Assembly (NCBI GenBank): GCA_963705375.1
Contig: OY970071.1
Span: 960,001 to 992,000 of the forward strand
Length of the DNA: 32,000 bases
Origin: Candidatus Saccharimonadota bacterium
GTDB taxonomy: Archaea > Micrarchaeota > Micrarchaeia > Micrarchaeales > Micrarchaeaceae
Reading direction: 5' to 3'
Position numbers and translations under genes: made by a program. Positions 8,098 through 15,334 of the stretch are shown here, one piece after another. Every line of letters starts with the position of its first letter. Position 1 is the first letter of the stretch. The notes under the pieces were generated by a model. That model was not told the origin of the DNA and did not search any database. It worked only from the letters and a program-made list of their open reading frames with translations.

Positions 8098-8752
8098 GGT
8101 CCACGGGTTCTTCGAAAACTTTCTTATAGTGATCGTGTTGCCTGATTGCGATATCGGGATATAGCGTAGCGTTGACTCTGGAACCGTCAGACAGTTCCGC
8201 GTCCATGAGAGGTTCGAGGTTGGATATCTGTTTGCCTATCCTTCTTCCTATCTGCTCTGCCTGGTCGTATATCATCTCCTCGCTCGCCGGTTTTATGTTT
8301 GTCTTGCACCAGCCGCGCACCTTGTGGAAGACCCAAATATCGCTCTTGGATCCGTTCACTGCTATCTCTTCAAGGTTCTCGTCTGCTAATGGCGCTTCGA
8401 GCTCTCCCAGGCCGAGCATTATGTTGAGTATGTATGCCACAAGGAGCTTCTTCACTACGGGACGCGTGCCGGGCACGTACTTGTCTATGAGCAGTTCGCT
8501 GGCGTCTATGTACCTCTTGTTCAACTCTTCCGCATACTCCTTGTCCTCTATTCGCGTCGGGTCTATCGCCACCATCAATGCAAGCTCACGCCTGAACGAC
8601 ATAAGCAGCAGTTTCGTCGCGTCTCCTATGCCTTGGAAGCCCACATGGTACGCTAGTGCGAAGTCGGAAGTCTTCAGTATCTGCACGGTGACCTGCATCC
8701 CGTGCGCATCCAGCTGGTATGATTCAAGCACTTCTTGTTCTTCTTTCGCCAA
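7991..8752 (-). CDS. FlaI/PilB/GspE-family secretion ATPase, N-terminal domain fragment ending in an out-of-frame tail
   Basis: Conserved stretches are ...LGELEAPLADENLEEIAVNG...DIWVFH...EPLMDAELSDGSRVNATLYPDI, after which the sequence becomes nonsense (AIRQHDHYKKVF...). The TTG start lies 4 nt after the upstream stop and is preceded by GTGATC (SD-like). The fragment overlaps ORF 7255-8097 in another frame. Confidence 0.8.
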   Translation of the reverse strand: MAKEEQEVLESYQLDAHGMQVTVQILKTSDFALAYHVGFQGIGDATKLLLMSFRRELALMVAIDPTRIEDKEYAEELNKRYIDASELLIDKYVPGTRPVVKKLLVAYILNIMLGLGELEAPLADENLEEIAVNGSKSDIWVFHKVRGWCKTNIKPASEEMIYDQAEQIGRRIGKQISNLEPLMDAELSDGSRVNATLYPDIAIRQHDHYKKVFEEPVDHDDAHKERHGEPRDCGTYMAVHTERDEHAVLGRHS

Positions 8753-8756
8753 GCGA

Positions 8757-10049
8757 TCACTTGCCCTCGTTGAACTTGTTCTCTGTATCTTTTATAGATT
8801 TCTTTATGCCAGACAACTTCTCATCAGTCTTATCTACCTTCTTCTCGATCTCCGTAGTTATGTTCATGCGCTGTTCAAGCGTGACTGTCATGGCCGCGAA
8901 CGCCTGCAGGCTCTTCTGCAGATCTGAAACGCTGGCCCTCGACTCTTCTATCTCTTTGTTTATGGTTTCGATGCTCTTCTTTGCATCGTGCAGAGTGCTG
9001 TCCACTTTAACCACATCACCGAATGCCATCTTGAGGTCGTTGAGCTTGCCGAGCACATCTTTGGAGTTCTGATCCAGCAGCTCGGTGCTGGCTTTCATGC
9101 TCTCCTCTATCTTCTCGTACCTGTCCGTGAACTGGACCCTTGCGGTGGTGAGCGTCCTTTTGGTGCGGTCCATGTCCTTCTTGAAGTTCTTTAGCTGCTC
9201 CACGAGTGCCTTTGACTCGCTGCCCTGGTTTTTGAGCTTGCTGAGGTTACGTGATACGCTGGCGCTGCTCGTGCCCATCTGAGCATCGACTTCTTTCTTC
9301 TTTGCAGCGATCTGCTTCTTGAGATCCGCAACTTGATCGTCGACATCATCCAACAAAGAATCGAACACCCTGTCTTTGGCGCTGGACAGGCTGACGAGTG
9401 CATCATATGCCTCTTTTGCATTCTTTATTGCGTCCTGTGCCTCCCCAGTGCCCGTTGTAACTGCGGTCACGCCCTTGCCTTGCCCTGCGGTCACTTCCGT
9501 GTTGCTGAGCGTTTCGATCTTCGAGTACAACTCATCGATATTCTTGTTGACGCTCTGGTATGAGTCCTCTGCGGTTCTCTTTATGCGTTCAACTGTTCTG
9601 CCCTGCTCTATTATGCTGTCATAAAGCGTGTTTATCTGCATCAGCATCTGCTGAACAGCAGGCATCCTTTGCTGGTATATGCGCTCAAGGCTTGACACTT
9701 CTGTGCTCAGGTTGCTTATCTCTGCGGCAAACTTTTCTATTTCTGTGCGCTGAGTCACGACCTTCTCTTCGACAAGCCCTCTCTTGACCTCCATCCTCGA
9801 TTCTACGAGCTTTACCTGTTCTGCGCTAACGGTGATAGGTGCGACATTCATCCTTCCGACTTCATAGCTTATCCTGACCATGCCTCCCGTTTCCAGCACT
9901 TTGGACCAGTTCTCCACTATCGACGGCGCAATTCCCAGTGTCGATGCTATCTCGCTAACATCCATCTTTCCCTTGGCTTGGAGCAGCTCCATCAAAGCGT
10001 CTATAGTAGTTCTGGCTTCGGCGCTTTCCTCGGGTTTTTCTGCCGGCAT
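8757..10049 (-). CDS. Winged-helix (wHTH-like) N-terminal domain plus a long coiled-coil protein; first gene of the filament operon
   Basis: The N-terminal segment IDALMELLQAKGKMDVSEIASTLGIAPSIVENWSKVLETGGMVRISYEVGRMNVAP has a helix-turn-helix plus wing pattern. The remaining roughly 350 aa are heptad-like and K/E/Q/S-rich, with no TM segment. A TATA candidate lies upstream. Confidence 0.65.
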   Translation of the reverse strand: MPAEKPEESAEARTTIDALMELLQAKGKMDVSEIASTLGIAPSIVENWSKVLETGGMVRISYEVGRMNVAPITVSAEQVKLVESRMEVKRGLVEEKVVTQRTEIEKFAAEISNLSTEVSSLERIYQQRMPAVQQMLMQINTLYDSIIEQGRTVERIKRTAEDSYQSVNKNIDELYSKIETLSNTEVTAGQGKGVTAVTTGTGEAQDAIKNAKEAYDALVSLSSAKDRVFDSLLDDVDDQVADLKKQIAAKKKEVDAQMGTSSASVSRNLSKLKNQGSESKALVEQLKNFKKDMDRTKRTLTTARVQFTDRYEKIEESMKASTELLDQNSKDVLGKLNDLKMAFGDVVKVDSTLHDAKKSIETINKEIEESRASVSDLQKSLQAFAAMTVTLEQRMNITTEIEKKVDKTDEKLSGIKKSIKDTENKFNEGK

Positions 10050-10077
10050 TAAACCAAGTTAGCATTCGCAGCAAACA

Positions 10078-10086
10078 TTTAATAAA
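10078..10086 (-). promoter_or_regulatory. TATA-box candidate for the type IV filament operon
   Basis: The minus strand reads cacTTTATTAAAtg. It is centred about 33 nt upstream of ATG 10049, in the only sizeable gap (90 nt) of the co-directional gene string. Confidence 0.35.
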
Positions 10087-10139
10087 GTGAGCAGAAAAAG
10101 CCCTCTTCACCCGATATAATTCTGTCGCGTTTCGAAACT

Positions 10140-11282
10140 TCAGCCGCGTTCTCCTTTTGCGACCTTCCTGGCAAGCGCATCAAAGCCCCTAAAGAACTTC
10201 TCCCAGCTGTAAGCTTGCTCGACTCTGCGCCTGCCCTGCCTTCCCATGTCTTCCGCGACGCTCCTATGCTCTGCCAGGAACAGCATGCGTTTTGCCATCT
10301 CGCTTGGCGAGTTAATGAGGAATCCTGTCTTGCCGTCCAGGACCGTTTCCTTCGGACCGCCCTCGTTGACCGAGATGACGGGCTTGAAGCTGGCCATCGC
10401 CTCAAGAGGCACGATGCCGAAGTCCTCGTTGATAGGTGCGAACAGCAATGCCGTGCAATTCGCATAGAGCTCTTTGACCTGTGCGTCGCTAGGGTTCAGG
10501 ACGAACTCCACGTTCTTCGCATGCATGCTTTTCAACGAGCCGTAGTACTCTTCAGAGCTGCGATATCTCTTGGAGAGCGTGCCTGACAGTATGAGCTTGT
10601 AGCTCTTGTCCTTTGACTGGACTAGGAACTGCCTGAACGCGTCGATCACATACTCCTGTCTTTTCATCCTGTCTATTCTTGAATGGTAGATGAAGTACTT
10701 GCTATCGCCATCATTCCTGAAGCCTTTACAATCAACACCCGGGCTTACGACTGTGCCTTTTCTGTCCAGGTATTTTATTATTCTTATATTCGTGTTTTCG
10801 CTGTTTGTCGCTATGCCTTCTATTTTCTTAACAATGCCGCGCTCTATGCGCTTGTAGAAGAGCGACAGTGCATCATACGCAATTCTCTCGTGCAAAGGCC
10901 TCTTTCTTACCGTGCCGATTGTCGGATCGAATATCTCCCTTGGTGGCGTGTGCACATACCACAGCACACGCTCGTTCTTGTTCCTCGACCACTCGCTCGG
11001 AGACATGTGCGCGTTTATGACATCGTAGTCTTCTTTTATCTTGAGTTTGAGGAAGTTCGTGCCATAGTGCACGCCGTTGGCTATGACCTGCGGCATCACT
11101 CCATTGAACACGCCTCTTTTTGCGAAGACCTCCACATCCAACGCCTTGAACCCTTCGAACGTTGCATTGCTTTCATAACCAAGGGTGTATATTTTCGCAT
11201 CGTAGTGCTGCGCTATTTTCAGTATGACGCGCTCAGCACCACCTCGCTCGTTCAGATTATGCTGGAGTATGAGCAGCTTCAT
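10140..11282 (-). CDS. Glycosyltransferase, GT4 (GT-B fold) family
   Basis: The N-terminus MKLLILQHNLNERGGAERV is typical. The C-terminal E-x7-E motif is EDFGIVPLEAM and is followed by GGPKETVLDGKTGFL. Confidence 0.85.
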   Translation of the reverse strand: MKLLILQHNLNERGGAERVILKIAQHYDAKIYTLGYESNATFEGFKALDVEVFAKRGVFNGVMPQVIANGVHYGTNFLKLKIKEDYDVINAHMSPSEWSRNKNERVLWYVHTPPREIFDPTIGTVRKRPLHERIAYDALSLFYKRIERGIVKKIEGIATNSENTNIRIIKYLDRKGTVVSPGVDCKGFRNDGDSKYFIYHSRIDRMKRQEYVIDAFRQFLVQSKDKSYKLILSGTLSKRYRSSEEYYGSLKSMHAKNVEFVLNPSDAQVKELYANCTALLFAPINEDFGIVPLEAMASFKPVISVNEGGPKETVLDGKTGFLINSPSEMAKRMLFLAEHRSVAEDMGRQGRRRVEQAYSWEKFFRGFDALARKVAKGERG

Positions 11283-11291
11283 GCACGCACC

Positions 11292-12815
11292 TCAATCATG
11301 GGCACCATCAACACCAAAATACCTGAACACCAGAGGTGCGATTCCACAGACATTCATCTCTTTCTTGCTATACTTGCTCAGAATCCCGTCATTGCCGAGC
11401 ATGCCAAATATTCCGTGCATAGTGTGGTCTCCGCTCTTCGCAAGCTCTGGCTTCATTATGTCGCTGTGCAGAGAGTAATTGAACACGTCTATGGTGTATC
11501 CTGGCTTTGCCTCTACAAGAAGGTCTGGCGTTATGATGCTGTTCAGCCCGCGGTAGTATGCGCTGCCATCGACCACCCTGCTTATGAGGCTATCGCCTTC
11601 TGGCGACCGTATCTGTTTCAGCGATTTCTCCACTTGTGCTTTCAGCCTGGCCCTCTCTCCTATGCTTACATTCGGGTTTGAGAAACGCCTGTCGTTTATG
11701 AATATGGTGCCGACAGGATTGTTGGATACCGATGCAAAAGCCCTTGTGTTGTCCATGTCGAAGTCGAAATCGTGTATCCGTGTGTAGCCCGCCCCAGAGG
11801 CACCAGAGAGTACCATGCCTGCGGTGCTCGCGATCACACTCTTCACCTTTCCAGGCATCTTGTTGTACACGCGCCTGAGCCCGCTCTTGAAGAGCATCTC
11901 TCTTATCGTATACTTTATGCTGCCTGTTCCGTGCTCACTGCTCTTCATCGATTCTATTATCTGGTCTTTCAGCTTCGCATATCCGTTGTTGATGAGCCAT
12001 GCGTTGATGAGGAACTTGCCCTTTATCTGCTGCGATCCGTGGTCTGAGAAGAGCACCACCGTGCATTCGTCTTCAGAACTTGCGACATACGATTCCAGCC
12101 ATTCCAGGAATTCCGACACCTTTTTGTAGAGCGGCGTGAGCAGAGTCTCCCAGTTCTTTACGGGAAGATAGTGCTGCATGCGGTCCGTTTCAGAGAAGCA
12201 CACCAGAACAAAGTCGTAATCGTTGCGTTCCAACATGCGTCTTGTGAACCGTGCCCTGCCTTCGATGCTCTTTGCATACATCTCTGAACCTTTTTCAACG
12301 GACAATGTGCCCGCTTTCAAAACTCCCTCTATTTCTGGTTCTCCTGAAAAGTCCGCTTTCTTCGCCTCTGCCTTTAATGTGCTTGAGCTGAACTTTGACT
12401 TAAGGGGCCAACCAGTCATCATGTCAACGTTCTTCTTCGTGCTCAGGTTGGTTATCATGACAGGGTTGACTACAAGGCTTTTCAGCCCTTTGTCTGAGAG
12501 CACATCCCATAATGGCGGGTGCTTGTCGGTATCAAGGAAGAGCAGGTCTTCTTTCTCGTAGTTACTGCCGATCGACAGGAAGTCTATCACTCCATGCTCC
12601 CTCGGCTCTAGGCCTGTATATATGCTTGGCCAGGCCGGCCCACTGAGCGGAGGCAAAGTGGACTCTATCTCCTTCAGGAAGCCTTTCTCAAAGAATGCAT
12701 TGAACCCTTTCATGCCGTATTTTCTTGACAGATGCTTCACTATCCACAGAGGTGCAGAATCCACACCGACCATGTAGAGTTTCTTTCGTGTCAATGAATC
12801 ATTTCTACTTATCAT
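11292..12815 (-). CDS. Alkaline-phosphatase superfamily protein (type I phosphodiesterase/nucleotide pyrophosphatase-like)
   Basis: Motifs are KKLYMVGVDSAP (metal-binding Asp), PPLSGPAWPSIYTGLEPREHGV (nucleophile region) and VLFSDHGS. It lies 9 nt upstream of the GT4 gene on the same strand. Confidence 0.7.
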   Translation of the reverse strand: MISRNDSLTRKKLYMVGVDSAPLWIVKHLSRKYGMKGFNAFFEKGFLKEIESTLPPLSGPAWPSIYTGLEPREHGVIDFLSIGSNYEKEDLLFLDTDKHPPLWDVLSDKGLKSLVVNPVMITNLSTKKNVDMMTGWPLKSKFSSSTLKAEAKKADFSGEPEIEGVLKAGTLSVEKGSEMYAKSIEGRARFTRRMLERNDYDFVLVCFSETDRMQHYLPVKNWETLLTPLYKKVSEFLEWLESYVASSEDECTVVLFSDHGSQQIKGKFLINAWLINNGYAKLKDQIIESMKSSEHGTGSIKYTIREMLFKSGLRRVYNKMPGKVKSVIASTAGMVLSGASGAGYTRIHDFDFDMDNTRAFASVSNNPVGTIFINDRRFSNPNVSIGERARLKAQVEKSLKQIRSPEGDSLISRVVDGSAYYRGLNSIITPDLLVEAKPGYTIDVFNYSLHSDIMKPELAKSGDHTMHGIFGMLGNDGILSKYSKKEMNVCGIAPLVFRYFGVDGAHD

Positions 12816-12842
12816 GCAATCTTTAAATTGACAAGCACAGCA

Positions 12843-13925
12843 CTACCTGGTGATGGCGAAGTCCTTCACCGTATCGTAAAGCGCCTTCGCGCTCTTGTTC
12901 TTTTCGAAGTGCTCTCTGACTGGCCGTATCTGCTCCTCGAGCTTCTCTGCCACGAAGTTCTTCAAGTCCATGGGGTGCAACCCGCCATTCCTATATATTT
13001 CGCAAAGCGACTCATAACTTTTGGCTTCAACGATCCCTCCGAACTTCTGCGGGCGATCTATCGTTATAGGTTTTGACTTGTCGTCTATTATTATGCGCTC
13101 TATGTAGTCAAACATCGGGTTTCCTGCGACTACTTTCTCGGGGCAATAGGCCGAATTTATCTTCTCCTTTATCTGTTCAAACGAATCATGCATCATTATC
13201 GCACTACGCGGGTCTGACTTTGACATCTTGTACTCCATCAGCACCGATTCATCAGTTGTCTTTAGATCAGGGGGCATGCCCTTAAGGCCTAGAAGCAGAG
13301 GATGGCTGACCATTACGGGCACCTTCCAACCATACTTGTGCGCAACTTCCCTTGCGATTATGTTTGCCTTTCTCTGGTCTATTGCCAGCTGGCATATGTC
13401 GATGTCCATTTGGAATATGTCTGTTGCCTGCATAACGGGGTAGAACAGTTGGCCTACAGACACCTCTTCCCCTTCCTTCCTGCCCATTATTGTTATCGCA
13501 CGCTTCACCCTATCGAGTGATAATGCCTTTCCTATCTTAAGGACTCTTTCCCAATATGCGGGATCTGCCATCAGATCCTTGCACCATACTATCTCTACCT
13601 TGTCTGTGTCAACTCCGGCGGCGCGCCAAACCTCTACGAAATACTTTCCGACAGTCCTTATGTTGTCTATGTTTCCTCCCATCTTGTTGTTGAGATATGC
13701 GAAGTAATCTGCAAGATATAGTTTGAAGCGTACGCCTAGTCCCATGAGCCTCTTCAGGTTCTTTGCCCTCAGGAGGCCAAAGTGTATCGGCGCTATGCCT
13801 GAAGGTTCAAATCCATCGTATGCCACGGGGTGCTCGTTTGTCTCAAACAGCGTCCTTAGCTCCGCCTCAGTTACAATCTCGGCGGAGAAGCTCCTGATCA
13901 CTGAAAGCTTTGTTTCAACATCCAT
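12843..13925 (-). CDS. tyrS: Tyrosyl-tRNA synthetase, archaeal type
   Basis: It is collinear with archaeal TyrRS as I recall it: GFEPSG..IH.G, YPVMQ, KMSKS, RPQKFGG and LHPMDLKNFVAEKL. ATG 13925 (MDVETKL) is preferred over the ORF-track GTG 13940, because the TATA candidate is centred 26 nt upstream of 13925. Confidence 0.9.
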   Translation of the reverse strand: MDVETKLSVIRSFSAEIVTEAELRTLFETNEHPVAYDGFEPSGIAPIHFGLLRAKNLKRLMGLGVRFKLYLADYFAYLNNKMGGNIDNIRTVGKYFVEVWRAAGVDTDKVEIVWCKDLMADPAYWERVLKIGKALSLDRVKRAITIMGRKEGEEVSVGQLFYPVMQATDIFQMDIDICQLAIDQRKANIIAREVAHKYGWKVPVMVSHPLLLGLKGMPPDLKTTDESVLMEYKMSKSDPRSAIMMHDSFEQIKEKINSAYCPEKVVAGNPMFDYIERIIIDDKSKPITIDRPQKFGGIVEAKSYESLCEIYRNGGLHPMDLKNFVAEKLEEQIRPVREHFEKNKSAKALYDTVKDFAITR

Positions 13926-13947
13926 GCTAGAAGCACGCACTTAAAGG

Positions 13948-13954
13948 ATTTAAA
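13948..13954 (-). promoter_or_regulatory. TATA-box candidate for tyrS (leaderless geometry)
   Basis: The minus strand reads gcTTTAAATcc. Its centre is about 26 nt upstream of ATG 13925. Confidence 0.4.
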
Positions 13955-14008
13955 GCTATTCTGCTATCTGCAAAAATTTTACTTCGGGACAAAGAAACAG
14001 GAATGCGG

Positions 14009-14018
14009 TTTTTATTAG
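14009..14018 (+). promoter_or_regulatory. TATA-box candidate for mat
   Basis: TTTTTATTAG is centred about 35 nt upstream of ATG 14049. Confidence 0.35.
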
Positions 14019-14048
14019 TTATCTTCTACACCCTATCTCAGTGTTCAT

Positions 14049-15245
14049 ATGTCGATAAGCATTGAGCAGTTTGAGCGCCTTCTTGTTTCGGAACAGGCTG
14101 TGGAGTTCGTGGAAAGGAAAGGTCTGGGACATCCTGACAGCCTGATAGACGGCATCGTCGAGAACGTGAGCCTTGCACTTGGAAGGGCGTATACCAAAGA
14201 AGCAGACTTAATACTTCATCACAATGTTGACAAAGGGCTGATAGTCGGCGGCTCCTCAGACGTGAGCTTTGGCAAAGGTGTCATAACCAAACCGATAGAG
14301 ATAATAGTTGCAGGCAGGGCGACAGACGAATTCAGGGGCAAGAGGATAGACGTGGACGGCATAGCTCTCGAAGCCACGAAAGACTACCTGAGAAGACACA
14401 CACGATTCCTTGACATAGAGAATGAGGTAATTATCGTTTCGAAGATAAGACGGGGCTCTGCCAATCTTAGCGCGATATTCAATCGAACTTCTGGTGTGCC
14501 CCTTGCCAACGATACCTCTTTCGGAATAGGCTTCGCACCGTTCACCGAAACAGAGAGGCTCGCACTCGAAACAGAGCACATGCTGAACAGCTCTCAGTAC
14601 AAGAGAGCGTTCCCGATGGTCGGCGAAGATGTGAAGGTCATGAGCATAAGGGAAGACAACACGATAACTCTTACTGTCGCAATAGCATTCGTTTCGAAAT
14701 ACATAAACAGCATGGATGAGTATGTAAAAATAAAAGAAAGTGTTGCAAGCGACATACTCAAGAATGCTAAAGGAATCACGAAGAAAGAAGTCGATGTCTC
14801 GATAAACCACGGCGACTCACACGAAAACAACGAGGTTTACCTCACCAAGTCTGGGCTCAGCTGCGAGGCTGGCGATGATGGTGCAGTGGGTCGCGGCAAC
14901 AGGGTGAATGGGCTCATAACTCCATTCAGGTTCATGTCTCTTGAGGCTGCTGCTGGAAAGAATCCAGTCAACCACGTCGGTAAGATATACAACATCGTAT
15001 CAAAGAAGATTGCTGAGGACATAGTCGCAAACTATCCTGTCATAAAAGAGTGCACTGTTTCGCTTGTTTCACAGATAGGGCGTCCGATCAACGACCCGCG
15101 GAGTGCCTCAATAAACGTTGTCATGGAGAAAGGCGCCAAGATAAGCCCCATACTGTCAAAGGTGCAGGGCATAGCGAGCGAGAACCTTGAGAACATAGCA
15201 AGCACAACCATGGACATAGCTAACGGCAAGTATGAGATGTTCTGA
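14049..15245 (+). CDS. mat: S-adenosylmethionine synthetase, archaeal type
   Basis: The N-terminal signature VERKGLGHPDSLIDG and the length of about 400 aa are typical of archaeal MAT and unlike bacterial MetK. Confidence 0.9.
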   Translation: MSISIEQFERLLVSEQAVEFVERKGLGHPDSLIDGIVENVSLALGRAYTKEADLILHHNVDKGLIVGGSSDVSFGKGVITKPIEIIVAGRATDEFRGKRIDVDGIALEATKDYLRRHTRFLDIENEVIIVSKIRRGSANLSAIFNRTSGVPLANDTSFGIGFAPFTETERLALETEHMLNSSQYKRAFPMVGEDVKVMSIREDNTITLTVAIAFVSKYINSMDEYVKIKESVASDILKNAKGITKKEVDVSINHGDSHENNEVYLTKSGLSCEAGDDGAVGRGNRVNGLITPFRFMSLEAAAGKNPVNHVGKIYNIVSKKIAEDIVANYPVIKECTVSLVSQIGRPINDPRSASINVVMEKGAKISPILSKVQGIASENLENIASTTMDIANGKYEMF

Positions 15246-15334
15246 CAACCAATACGGTGACGATTTCCCCTCTGTGCTTAGGCAGTACAATACGTTTATA
15301 AGCCTAAAGTTGACATCACACAGAGGGTGCTCTC

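Noticed and set aside
8100-8170. Programmed ribosomal frameshift in the ATPase gene.
   Set aside because: No slippery heptamer or homopolymer and no obvious downstream structure were found. A simple indel (real or from assembly) is more parsimonious, so this is reported only as a frameshift that needs verification.
8172-8927. 251-aa plus-strand ORF.
   Set aside because: It is antisense to the ATPase N-terminal fragment and the coiled-coil gene. Its Ser/Leu-rich composition is typical of a shadow ORF.
10683-11681. 332-aa plus-strand ORF.
   Set aside because: It runs antisense across the boundary of two well-supported minus-strand genes (GT4 and AP-like). Its Arg/His/Tyr/Val-rich composition is typical of a shadow frame, and I recognise no motifs.
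14256-14810. 184-aa minus-strand ORF.
   Set aside because: It lies entirely inside, and antisense to, the clearly conserved archaeal SAM synthetase gene.
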